Shown in pieces: positions 40,831 to 50,623 of a stretch of 64,000 nucleotides of DNA. This stretch comes from Candidatus Altiarchaeota archaeon. GTDB lineage: Archaea; Altiarchaeota; Altiarchaeia; IMC4; SCGC-AAA252-I15. Position 1 is the stretch's first letter. Each line of letters begins with the position of its first letter. The notes beneath the pieces were generated by a model. It was given only the letters and a program-made list of their open reading frames with translations. It was not told the DNA's origin and ran no database searches. The DNA lies in NCBI GenBank assembly GCA_043800705.1, contig JAZDMS010000001.1, positions 32,001 to 96,000 of the forward strand. Direction: 5' to 3'. The position numbers were made by a program, and so were the translations under genes.

Positions 40831-40936
40831 TCAGTAACTTTTCATTGGCCAGATTGTCGCGAACTGGAGGGATGTAAAAAGTGCGAAGCACTTTTTCGAA
40901 GAATCCCTCCGGGCTCGAAGGCCCCACGGGTGCGAA
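40816..40936 (+). repeat. tRNA 3'-linked direct repeat, copy 1
   Basis: 41-bp core 40840-40880 identical to 42079-42119, with similar flanks. Confidence 0.9.
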
Positions 40937-41063
40937 TCCCCCCATTATATGCCCTTTTGCGCCTGTAGGATAACGCTCTTGGGGTTCAAACTCCCAGTGA
41001 GAGATGTGCCCTAAACGCTCCATAATTGGAGGGCATTTATACCCCTAACTCATATTAGGTGCT

Positions 41064-41597
41064 GTGGCGATTGAAGCGGACTTATCCAGGGCTGAGATAA
41101 TCAAACTGGATGAGGCTAACTTCTCATGTACTCGAGGTTTTGACTGCGGCGACAAAGACCTGAACGAGTTCCTGCACGAGGATGCACTAGACCACGCCAA
41201 GAATATGATTGCGGTCACCTACGCGTTCATGCACGCGGGCAGGATGCTGGGTTACTTCTCCTTGAGTACGTTTGCGATTGAGCCGAGGAAGAGGGCGCTG
41301 CGGATACTTCACCGGCGCGGGAAGAAGTACAAGCTCTTCCCGGCTGTGCTGATTGGCCGGTTATGCGTCAGTGAAAGCAGACAGGGTGTGGGTGTGGGGT
41401 CGAAGATAATATCCGCAATCATAGCCACGGTCATGAAGTTGTCTGAGGACATCGGATGCAGGTTCGTGGTGGTGGAGTCCTACCCCGATGAGCGTGTCCT
41501 GAAGTTCTACCAGAGCAACAACTTTATAGACCTCCAAGCGACCAGGGGGGATGGCGAGAACGTCAGGATGTATATCGACTTGCTGGGCGAGTTCTAG
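41064..41597 (+). CDS. GNAT acetyltransferase, AtaT/TacT toxin-like
   Basis: FDCGDKDLNEFL, GYFSL, PAVLIGRL.V...QGVGVG, GCRFVVV, FYQSNNF. Confidence 0.85.
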   Translation: MAIEADLSRAEIIKLDEANFSCTRGFDCGDKDLNEFLHEDALDHAKNMIAVTYAFMHAGRMLGYFSLSTFAIEPRKRALRILHRRGKKYKLFPAVLIGRLCVSESRQGVGVGSKIISAIIATVMKLSEDIGCRFVVVESYPDERVLKFYQSNNFIDLQATRGDGENVRMYIDLLGEF

Positions 41598-41776
41598 TTC
41601 AGCCACTTGATTGTGCTTGCGATACGTTTGCAGTCGTTGAGGAACTTCCTGCGCTGAACCATCTCGGGGCTGTCCTTCGGTAAAGAGTCCACCCTAATGA
41701 GTTCATTCACAAAACGGATGCTATCTCTCTCATTCAACTCGGTTGAAAGGTCGATTGGACGTGCCACTGCATTCAC
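41594..41776 (-). CDS. Small putative antitoxin-like protein
   Basis: GAGGTG RBS; ARPI....L...D..RF pattern recalls small GNAT-toxin partner genes. Confidence 0.55.
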   Translation of the reverse strand: MNAVARPIDLSTELNERDSIRFVNELIRVDSLPKDSPEMVQRRKFLNDCKRIASTIKWLN

Positions 41777-42054
41777 CTCATAACTATTGCGCTGCTATTC
41801 TACAAAGATAGAGAACTATCCGATTATAAGTTAACCTAGGGTACCCCCGCTGCAAGCGCCTTAAAACCTACCCTACTGTCTTCTACGAGCTGTAAACCGT
41901 TTCAGGTGCTCGCGAGATAACATGCCCCTATCCGCTTTGGTGTGTACCTGGCAGACTGTTTAGGGCATTCCCGGGCTGTTCTAATATTTTTATCCACGAG
42001 CCTACAATGATTTATCCGAAAAGTCAGCGAGGAGATGCGAACCTATGGGGGGTT

Positions 42055-42170
42055 ATCCCTCCCGGCTCGTCAAATACATTTCATTGGCCAGATTGTCGCG
42101 AACTGGAGGGATGTAAAAAATAAGGACTTTTTCGAGAATCCCCCGGCTCAAATACCCTACGGTCACGAAA
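42055..42170 (+). repeat. tRNA 3'-linked direct repeat, copy 2 (attR-like)
   Basis: ATCCCTCCCGGCTCGTCA (tRNA 3' end) followed by the identical 41-bp core. Confidence 0.9.
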
Positions 42171-42246
42171 TAGTGCTGTCATTTTTACAACGCTTATTAT
42201 CGTGAACGGGATTATAGCTTCCATATCCTCCATAGCTTATACACAA

Positions 42247-43050
42247 ATGAAAAAAGCCCACATTTTCGCCTTCTTGGCCCTCCTACTCATAGCGTATGCT
42301 TTGGTTGAGCCGTATCTCCTGAGGGTTTATGACGTCGTAGTTTCCGATTCGAAGGTGCCGGAGTCCTTCCGCGGAAAGAGGATAGCTTTCTTATCGGATA
42401 TCCACTGCGGCCGGTTCCTCTCCACTGACCGGGTGGGGGGGATTGTGGACCTGACGAACGGTTTGAACCCGGACATGGTGCTCCTTGGAGGGGATTTCAT
42501 ATACGGTGGAGTTGACGACATAGACCCCTGCATAAGTGTTTTGGGGGGTTTAAAGGCGCCGATGGGCGTTTTCGCAGTCCTTGGAAACCACGACAACTGG
42601 GCCGGAGCCGGGCAGACGAATAAGGCCCTTGAGGCTGCTGGTATACGGGTCCTAGACAACGAGGCAGTATGGGTCGGCTCAGGCGGCTCCAGGCTCAAAG
42701 TCGGCGGCGTCGGCGACATGTGGACCGAATCACAGGACCTGAATCCGACACTGGAGAATACGAGCAAGGACGACTTCGTCTTGCTATTGTCCCATAACCC
42801 CCAGTATGCGGATCGTATAGGTGCGGACAGGGTAAGCCTAATGCTCAGCGGCCACACCCACGGGGGGCAGATATTCCCTTTCAGGCTGATTACGCCCTAC
42901 CTGGCATCGAGGTTCAGCCAGAGGTACCCATCCGGGGTCTACGAACTAAACAACACGAAGCTCATAGTAACCAACGGCATAGGTACGGTGTTCATACCGC
43001 TCCGGTTCATGACCCGGCCGGAGATAGTGCTCATAACACTCGAGAGTTGA
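42247..43050 (+). CDS. Metallophosphoesterase (YkuE-like)
   Basis: SDIH, GGDF, GNHD, SHNP, SGHTHGGQ. Confidence 0.92.
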   Translation: MKKAHIFAFLALLLIAYALVEPYLLRVYDVVVSDSKVPESFRGKRIAFLSDIHCGRFLSTDRVGGIVDLTNGLNPDMVLLGGDFIYGGVDDIDPCISVLGGLKAPMGVFAVLGNHDNWAGAGQTNKALEAAGIRVLDNEAVWVGSGGSRLKVGGVGDMWTESQDLNPTLENTSKDDFVLLLSHNPQYADRIGADRVSLMLSGHTHGGQIFPFRLITPYLASRFSQRYPSGVYELNNTKLIVTNGIGTVFIPLRFMTRPEIVLITLES

Positions 43051-43224
43051 GGCCCCGGTTAATCGTTCGGTTTTTTGATGGTGGAGGATTGGAGCCTCTG
43101 GGGCATACCTCCCGGCTCTCTTGCATTAACTCTCGCATGTATGCCGTTGGCTGTAGACTGTATAAAAATAAAAATATAGAAAAAGTGTTTAGCCTGATAT
43201 GCCCATGTACTGTTAAGTTAATGC

Positions 43225-43398
43225 TCAGAAGCGCTTAGGTCTTCTCTTCGCGTAGCATTCTCTGCAGTATACTGGCTTTCCTTCTGTCGGCTTGAAAGGA
43301 ACCTGGCATGCTGCGCCGCATTCGCTGCATACGGCATCAGTCATTTCCCTTGGTCCCCTGTCAAAACCTCCTCCTCCTCCTCCGAAATCTCTTGGCAT
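43225..43398 (-). CDS. CxxC-x17-CxxC zinc-finger protein
   Basis: AVCSECG..CQVPFKP..GKPVYCREC; GGAGGTGA RBS. Confidence 0.9.
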   Translation of the reverse strand: MPRDFGGGGGGFDRGPREMTDAVCSECGAACQVPFKPTEGKPVYCRECYAKRRPKRF

Positions 43399-43676
43399 AT
43401 ATTCACCTCCTCTACTTTTATTCCCCCCGCGGGGGATTTGGCTCAAATGAGCCGTGAATGTTTTATAGGTCGCACCCAGCCATTATATGGATCCATACGG
43501 TCATATTTGTCGTATCCCGGCTATGGTTTTTATCGTTATAATGATTCCTCGAATTTGATAATACTACCTTCCTTTTAGGACTAGACTAAAATGCGGCAGC
43601 AACATATTATTCGATTTTTTTTAATAATCCTAGCACTTCTTAGCTAATAAATGAATGATCGACCTTAAACTTAGGA

Positions 43677-44123
43677 TCATGTCCGATGCAATCTCAGTTT
43701 CGCCCCTCTTTTTCGTATTTCCGGGCAGATAATGTACGCCCCCTCATCGGTCCTGGACCCTCCTAAGTCGTCAAATGGGAATTCCCTGCAAATATCCGGT
43801 TTAGTGTCATTAATCTTGCATTTGTAGGTCCTCTTTTTGGTTTCTTTTATCAGGAAAGGGCAGTTTATCATCTCTTTCTTTGTTCTGGGGCTTATGAACA
43901 TATTCGCAATAACCCTGTTATCCGATCCGTCCCATTCGTCCCCTCTGATAAATTTAATCCCATTATCGGCGACAATTCCGAGTTCGACGTATTGGAGGAT
44001 ATCCTTCCTGCCTCCAAGCATCCACCTCCGCAGATCATTATCCGTTGCGGATGCCATTCCACCCCAATACCTGCAACAATCCCCGCATCGACTGCAAACA
44101 AACTTTTTTATGTTCTCTTTCAT
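43677..44123 (-). CDS. YkgJ family CxxCxxCC cluster protein
   Basis: CSRCGDCC...CPFL...CKI..TKPDICREFP. Confidence 0.85.
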   Translation of the reverse strand: MKENIKKFVCSRCGDCCRYWGGMASATDNDLRRWMLGGRKDILQYVELGIVADNGIKFIRGDEWDGSDNRVIANMFISPRTKKEMINCPFLIKETKKRTYKCKINDTKPDICREFPFDDLGGSRTDEGAYIICPEIRKRGAKLRLHRT

Positions 44124-45856
44124 TGCCGTTTCTGGCGTCTTTTTTTCAGGTGATGGACGGCCACGACTATCAGCGTAGCAGCGATGATCAGTGCCGCGAA
44201 CATGAGCAGACCGCTTCCCAAGAGGCCTGCTGCCAATGCGGCCCGGATCATGTTCGTGTTGTCCGGGTTGTCGGCTTTTTTTTGGCCGCAGCGTCCTTCA
44301 TACGGGTCGAGGGTGAGTCCTGCGTTGCAGTGGCAGTCGGGGCCTGCCGGGTGGGTGCCTGCGGGGCATGAGACCGTGTATTCGGCCTTCAGCCACCATG
44401 GGTCGAGTTTGCTCTGGTCGAATGCGGTGAGCGATTTGGGCTGGCCTTTCGTGTCCACGGCCAGTTTATTCCCCTTAGAGATCGTCCTTATGCCGAGGGT
44501 CTTGTTCGGTTGCAGGAAGTAGTATGTGAGGCTGCCTGAGAGGAGGTAGATGTCCGTGCCGTCGCTGCGAGGCCTGATCTCGTATTCGCTGTACATGGTC
44601 ACGGTCCATGGGGCGTTCCTGTCGATTACGTGGGTGGGCCTGTCGCCGTGCACGTTCCCTCCGCCATAGGCGTTTATGAAGTTTAAACCGATCCTCTGCG
44701 CGTTTTCCTCGGGCGTTATCGGGTTCCCGCCGGACCATTTGATTCCCGGGCCGCTTGAGGCCACCCAGCCGTTCCTGCTTTTAATGAGGTTGATTGGTTT
44801 TCCGATGACTTCGTGGCAGTATTCTGAAAGGCAGTCCGCAGGCTTCACAGCCCTTCTGCCTATTACGAATCCGTCCGGCGTAGGTATGCAGCCGCTTCTC
44901 TGCTGCCATTTGCCGACAATCGAGACGTCATCCAGCGTCATCTGACTTGGGATATTGTCTCCCCATATATCCCCCAGGTTCAGCATAACCCATGCGTTCG
45001 TGCATTCGGCATAGTCCCTTTCAAGATCCCTCAGGAGCTCCGCGTCCGGGATGCCCTCGAAAACGCAGCCCCTCAGGTCCGCTTTCGGGTTGCCCGGCTC
45101 ACATCTCATGTGCGCGTTTATGAGGTCGTTATCCTTGCCTTCGAATCTGCAGGGACAGTCGAGGCATGTGCAGTCTTCGCCGTCTTCAGGTTCGCATTTG
45201 CCGTCCATGTCGCATATGTCGGCATCCGTAGTCGATGTGGCCTTGACTGAGGCCGTTGTCGTGTCCTCTGCCTCTACCCTAGTCTTCGGCAGGCATCTGG
45301 TGTTGTCCGCCGACCAGGAATAGCCGGCGTCGCATTCGCATTTTTCGTGCTCGACATGAGAGTTTTTCGAGCAGTCGACGAGGATGTAGCATCCTGTGTC
45401 GTCCGCCTTAGGATTTGCCTTGTCGCAGGAGAGGATCTGCGTCTTCGTCGATGGGCATTTGCAGTCCTGGGGGCAGGTTCCACAGTCTTCGAGCCTGACC
45501 TTGTCGCAGACCTTGTTTCCGCACGAGTCTGGGATTTCTCCGGGGCAGTTATCCTCCGGACTTATGCACAGGTAGAGGCAACCTGGGCATGACTCATAGT
45601 CCTGTCCCCTGTAGCATCCCTTCTTGAAGTTAAGGTCACCTGAGCACCTGGCCTCGCCGCAGGCGTAACATACACAATCTCCGACATAGCTGTAGAATGC
45701 GTGCGCAACCTTGAAGCAGTCCTTCTGCTGGCAGCCGACGCCGGAGTTCCTGTTGAACCAGAAACCTTCCGGGCAGTCGGTCGAGGTCGCGGAGGACAGA
45801 TTCATCAGCAGGATAAGGGCCAACGCCGAAGACGCAAACGGTTTAATACAAGCCAC
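44120..45856 (-). CDS. Large Cys-rich surface protein with C-terminal TM
   Basis: Signal peptide, many Cys modules (EGF-like CECDAGY), TM plus KKRRQKR. Confidence 0.75.
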   Translation of the reverse strand: MACIKPFASSALALILLMNLSSATSTDCPEGFWFNRNSGVGCQQKDCFKVAHAFYSYVGDCVCYACGEARCSGDLNFKKGCYRGQDYESCPGCLYLCISPEDNCPGEIPDSCGNKVCDKVRLEDCGTCPQDCKCPSTKTQILSCDKANPKADDTGCYILVDCSKNSHVEHEKCECDAGYSWSADNTRCLPKTRVEAEDTTTASVKATSTTDADICDMDGKCEPEDGEDCTCLDCPCRFEGKDNDLINAHMRCEPGNPKADLRGCVFEGIPDAELLRDLERDYAECTNAWVMLNLGDIWGDNIPSQMTLDDVSIVGKWQQRSGCIPTPDGFVIGRRAVKPADCLSEYCHEVIGKPINLIKSRNGWVASSGPGIKWSGGNPITPEENAQRIGLNFINAYGGGNVHGDRPTHVIDRNAPWTVTMYSEYEIRPRSDGTDIYLLSGSLTYYFLQPNKTLGIRTISKGNKLAVDTKGQPKSLTAFDQSKLDPWWLKAEYTVSCPAGTHPAGPDCHCNAGLTLDPYEGRCGQKKADNPDNTNMIRAALAAGLLGSGLLMFAALIIAATLIVVAVHHLKKRRQKRQ

Positions 45857-45934
45857 CCAAACCCTATTGTGCCGGGCCCTTTAAAAAAGGGCAATTTCTG
45901 GGAGAATTATAATCGCCACGGCACTATCATTATC

Positions 45935-47330
45935 ATGGATTCGGCAGGCAGGCTGAGGATTTTGCTCGTGATGCCGCCATACTATTCCCTTTTCGAATAG
46001 GAACGAAGGCACAACCTGCCGATCGGCCTCCTCTTGTCGCAGCCGTCCTTAAAACGGCAGGTCATTATGTCAGGGTCTACAACGCCGACACATTCACGCA
46101 ACGGTACAGGACGAAGCCCTTAAGGCATCAGTCGATGTTTGCCTACGGCAGATACGCGGTAAATCTTTCGAATCCCAGGCATCACGTCTGGATGAAATTA
46201 AGGGCGATACTGGCAAAAGAGAAGCCAGACCTGGTCGGAGTCTCGGTCCAGGCAAATACGTCCGCTTCGGCTGCGATGGCGGCGACCATCGTGAAGGAAT
46301 GTGCGCCGGGCGCAGTCCTCGTCGCAGGAGGGCCTGAAGCAACAATTAGGCTGTCGGATATGTTGGATGGCTTCGACTTTGTCGTGCGGGGGGAGGGTGA
46401 AAACACGATGGCTGAATTGGCGGATTCGATGGTAGCAGGAACGGGTTTCGACAGGATAAATGGGTTATCATACTTGGACGACGGGGTGCCTATCAATAAT
46501 CTTCCTCGGGAATTAGCGGCGGACATTGACGCGTTTCCCTTCCCCACCAGGGACCTCATCCTTGAGGGAGAACATTATCTGCCTGAGGACATGGGGAAGA
46601 TATTGTCCTCAAGAGGCTGCCCCTTCAGGTGCAGGTACTGCGCGACCGGAATCGTATGGGCTGGAAGCCACCGGTAAGGAGCCCAGAAAACGTCATAGAC
46701 GAGGTGGAGGAGGTGCGAAAAAAAGGGGCACCGACGTATTCGAATTCATGGACGACACCTTCTCTTTCGACGAAATACGCGTCCTCGAAATATGCGGCCT
46801 CATTGATTCAAGAAAGATGGACCTGAAGTGGAAGTGCATCAAACGGGGGGACATCCTGTCCGAGGAGACCGCCCGCGTAATGGCAAAGGCTGGGCTTGTC
46901 TCTGTCAACATCGGGGTCGAATCCGGCAGCACGAGGATGCTCGAGGCGATGGGCAAGGACTTGGACCTTTCGCGCCTTCGGGAAAACATCAGCATGCTCA
47001 GGCGGCTTGGCGTATCTGTGAGCACGAACTATATCTTCGGCTATCCCGGTGAGAGCGCGCAATCGATAGAGGAGACGAAAGGCCTGATAGCGGAACTCGC
47101 CGTCCCTTATTCTGTCGAGCTTTTCACCCCCTTTCCCGGGACGGCCGCCAGGCAGATGCTGGAAATGCAGGGAAGGATGTCAAATCCAACCTGATGGACT
47201 CAACGATTATCACTTGCGGATGTTCGATTGCGATTCGGTAGACTGTGGCAGGCTCCTTTCAGAATTTGACCGGCTAGTGGGAACTGCATACAGGTTTTAC
47301 ACGGAGAACCCTCCAAAGACCATTGTAAGT
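45935..47330 (+). pseudogene. B12-binding radical SAM protein pseudogene
   Basis: RILLVMPP, PIGLL, VRGEGE, SRGCPFRCRYC, FMDDTF, GVESGS, PFPGT split by TAG at 45998, several frameshifts and TGA at 47192. Confidence 0.85.
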
Positions 47331-47449
47331 GGAAAAAGAGCTCATATATGATGATTTGTCACACGCACCCTGCAATTGAATAGGTTTGAGCGGGGGCTTT
47401 ACATGGGGGTTAGCTTGGTGGCAAATAAGGGGGTCTGTCGAGTATGTGT

Positions 47450-47943
47450 TTAGCTGATTTGTGTTTGTATTATTTGGTAGGGGTCTTGGTTTCTCTGTTT
47501 CCAGGTGGCTAGCATAGTCATGAGTGTTTCGTGTATTTTGGTGTCTTTTTGGTTTCGTAGCCAGTCATAGTGGTGGATTTTGAAATCAGTCACTATGGGT
47601 GGTTGGGGTTCTGGAATTTCTTCTATGATTTGTGTTTCTACTTTGGTTGCTTTGCCTAGTTTGTTTTGGCTGTAGGGGCAAGATTCAGTTTCCGCGGACA
47701 CTGTTTGTGTGCGGCTTGTGGGCGTGAGACGCCCGCATGTCATGGTGGTCTGCCGGGTTTTCCTTTCTTGAGTGGTTTGTCTTTCGGTTTGTCTTTTTTC
47801 TGGCTGGGTGGTGTGTGTGAGTTGTCGTACTGTAGTAGGTGTTTCTCCAGTTCGAGCAGCTTTTTTTCTAGGTGCTGTACCATCTGGTCTCTCAGTTTGA
47901 GTTCTCTTGTGAGCCGTTCTATTTCCCTGTCTTTTTTACTCAT
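47450..47943 (-). mobile_element. IS66-family transposase remnant with large internal deletion
   Basis: Leucine zipper plus YDNSHTPPS...KPGRPP, IIEEIPEP...VTDF, fused directly to the C-terminal TMLATWKQRNQDP. Confidence 0.75.
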
Positions 47944-48154
47944 CGCAGATTATCACATAGGCTGTTTTGCCTATGTATTCTCGTGTGCAGTCTACTTTGG
48001 CTCCTGTTCCGAATTTGGTGACCCTCTTCTGATAAAATCCGATTATGCTGTTGTCCTCCAGTTGAAGTTTCCCCTTGTTGATGGATACTTTTCGCATAAT
48101 ACTATAATATATATCCATATATATGAACTTATCGGTTTTGAGGGAACCCCTCAA
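47936..48154 (-). CDS. DUF2080 transposase-associated protein
   Basis: KRVTKFGTGAKVDC.REYIGKTAYVII. Confidence 0.8.
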   Translation of the reverse strand: MRGSLKTDKFIYMDIYYSIMRKVSINKGKLQLEDNSIIGFYQKRVTKFGTGAKVDCTREYIGKTAYVIICDE

Positions 48155-48241
48155 AACAGCCGGAAAACCAATTTAAGCAGAAAAAGAACTACGAGCTAAA
48201 CACATACCTTTATTAACCTTTTTATTCTAATTAGAAAACAA

Positions 48242-49090
48242 ATGATAAAAATGAAAAATCAGAACACTTGGTTAATAATCGGCCTACTAGCCCTCCTGCC
48301 TACAACAGTATCTGCGTCATATATACAATTACTTCCCCAAATATCGGCACCAGACATAATACAAACCAACACTATAGATATACCCCTGACCCTGACCAAC
48401 CATGGTGACGAATCAGCATATAATATACAACTATCACTCCTCCTGCCAAACGGATTCACGACCCAAAACAAATTCTACCGCGAAATAAAACCCAATGAAA
48501 CAAAAGAAGACACATTCACGGTCAATATACCCTCCGGAACCACGCCCGGAAGCTACGTATTCGGCCTATTAACTCAATACGCTGACGCAAACCAATATCC
48601 ATTCTCCTCTGTTAACTCCCTGCTTGTCAACTACAGAATCCCCACAATGTCCAAAATAGTTGGTGGTATCTCAAACGCAAACATAAAAAACCAACCAACC
48701 GACGTCACAATCTCCCTGCGCAACCGAGACGAAAAAGAACACCCGGCGGCAATCAAACTCATAATACCCTCCGAACTAATGGCAGACAACATTTATTTCG
48801 AAACAACTCTAAATCCAAATGAGGAAAAACAAATCCCCCTCACGATATCCTCCTCATCCGCCCTGCCGGGTAGCATCTACCCAATTTTAGCCATAGTAAC
48901 CTACATCGAAAACAACGAACAATATTCCACCGTACTGCGTGGCGTACTCCAGATAGAGGAGACAAAGCAAATATCAAAAAATCCACTTGATTCTCTATTA
49001 TGGTTGTCCATCGCTGTCATCATCCTAATTGTGCTCTTTGTCATCTATCTGGTGTACAAACGCCGGAAGAAAAAGACCCGCCGCCGTTAA
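48242..49090 (+). CDS. Membrane-anchored protein with two Ig-like (COG1361/NEW3-like) domains
   Basis: Signal peptide, N.GDESAY, PGSY...Y.D.NQYPFS, TM plus KRRKKK; paralog of 60201-61034. Confidence 0.75.
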   Translation: MIKMKNQNTWLIIGLLALLPTTVSASYIQLLPQISAPDIIQTNTIDIPLTLTNHGDESAYNIQLSLLLPNGFTTQNKFYREIKPNETKEDTFTVNIPSGTTPGSYVFGLLTQYADANQYPFSSVNSLLVNYRIPTMSKIVGGISNANIKNQPTDVTISLRNRDEKEHPAAIKLIIPSELMADNIYFETTLNPNEEKQIPLTISSSSALPGSIYPILAIVTYIENNEQYSTVLRGVLQIEETKQISKNPLDSLLWLSIAVIILIVLFVIYLVYKRRKKKTRRR

Positions 49091-49241
49091 TGCTCGGGTT
49101 GAAGTCCTTGGTGGAAGTCAAGTTCCTTTAAACGGCGGCTGATTTGGTAATAAGAATCATAGTTTTCAGCCTTCCATCAGGGTCAGCCAGGTCATACTAT
49201 CGGAACCGACAAGTATTAAGGATATGTGCGGATATCCTTAT

Positions 49242-49390
49242 ATGCCGAGAAAAATCGAGGTCAGAAAATAAAGGAAAACCTAGAAGTAATCTACGAAAAA
49301 GTCGTCACAGCATTTGGGAACTCAGCCAAGATAGACCCCCAAAAGAAATACATCGGCAAAAGAGCATACGTACTAATACTCAAAGACTAA
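49242..49390 (+). pseudogene. Second DUF2080 copy, frameshifted
   Basis: MPRKIEVRK then, in another frame, IYEKVVTAFGNSAKID..KKYIGKRAYVLILKD*. Confidence 0.7.
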
Positions 49391-49469
49391 GAATTAGGCC
49401 ACACATCACTTTTAAAGGCATATGCTAATATTTAAATATTAAACCCTCATGAATGAGGGGGAGAAAAAA

Positions 49470-50432
49470 ATGAATCCATATATTTTAAAATATAGTGTTA
49501 TTATGTCTATTGGTTGTTTAATGCTTGTATCCGGTTGTATGTCGACTGACAAACCACCCGTGACAAATCCGACAATATCTCCAGCCACAAATCCAAAAGT
49601 TACACCTACTACTACGAATCAAGTAATCACTCCCGTCACCTCACCTCCAACAACTGTACCTAAAGTAATAAAACCTCTAACTGAGTCAGAAATACAGGAA
49701 ATTATAACCGCTGCGATGAACAGTGCCGACCCTGAACTATGTAAACAAATAGAAAGTGTCGATTCAAAAAACAAATGTATCACTAAAGTGGCTACGTCTT
49801 ATGCGAACAAGGATTTGTGCAAGTCTATCGTAGATGTAGCTGGTCAGGCCAATTGCTTCACAGAAGTGGCTGTAAGCTATTCGAACATAGAAATATGCAA
49901 GTCTATTGGCGATGCTGAAGGCCAGACCAAGTGTGTTACTAAGTTTGCCTTAGCTAGCGCTAATGTTGATTTGTGCAAGACTATCGGAGATGCCGCCGGC
50001 CAGGCAAATTGCACGACAATGATCGCTGTGTCCTATGCGAATAAGGAATTATGCAAGACTATCGGCGATGCTGCTGGTCAAGCCCATTGCTATACAACAA
50101 TAGCATTAGGCTATCAAAACATGGATATATGTAAGTCTATCGCTGATGCTGCTGGCCAGAGTTATTGTTATACCCGTTTTGCCTTAGCCAGCGCTAATGC
50201 AGATCTGTGCAAGTCTATCAGCGATGTATCCGGAAAGTCAAGTTGTATAACTGAAGTTGCGGTATCCTATACGAATGCTGATTTGTGCAAGACTATCGGA
50301 GATGCTGCTGGTCAGGCCAATTGCTACACCAAATTAGCCGTAGGTTATTCAATCAAGGATTATTGCAAGTCTATTGTTGATGCTTCTCTGCAGGCCAATT
50401 GTGTCACTGAAGTGGACAAGGTTTGGGGGTAG
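49470..50432 (+). CDS. Lipoprotein-like protein with nine 26-aa C-x11-C repeats
   Basis: LVSGC, P/T linker, repeat NxDLCKxIGDAAGQANCxTxxAxxYx, ends KVWG. Confidence 0.85.
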   Translation: MNPYILKYSVIMSIGCLMLVSGCMSTDKPPVTNPTISPATNPKVTPTTTNQVITPVTSPPTTVPKVIKPLTESEIQEIITAAMNSADPELCKQIESVDSKNKCITKVATSYANKDLCKSIVDVAGQANCFTEVAVSYSNIEICKSIGDAEGQTKCVTKFALASANVDLCKTIGDAAGQANCTTMIAVSYANKELCKTIGDAAGQAHCYTTIALGYQNMDICKSIADAAGQSYCYTRFALASANADLCKSISDVSGKSSCITEVAVSYTNADLCKTIGDAAGQANCYTKLAVGYSIKDYCKSIVDASLQANCVTEVDKVWG

Positions 50433-50623
50433 ATCGAGTTGATTATCGGTAATGGGCTACTATCCCTTTTTTTTATAGGCGATAGTAGCTTATTCCTTAT
50501 TAATTAAAATAATAATCTCCCTCTATTCAAGTAAAATCTAGAACTAATGCAATGGACGCCATTTGGGAATGGAATTATTCTGACAACTAATACTGGATGT
50601 GATAGCTAACAAATAGTCATAAA

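Noticed and set aside
40955-41005. Second tRNA (GCGCCTGTAGGATAA...GGGGTTCAAACTCCC)
   Set aside because: No anticodon arm or matching acceptor stem; at most a fragment
40646-41023. 125-aa minus-strand ORF
   Set aside because: Antisense to tRNA-Arg and its repeat; no recognisable protein features
49740-50432. 78-bp periodic DNA that could be mistaken for a CRISPR array
   Set aside because: The repeats are in-frame coding units with synonymous variation and no unique spacers
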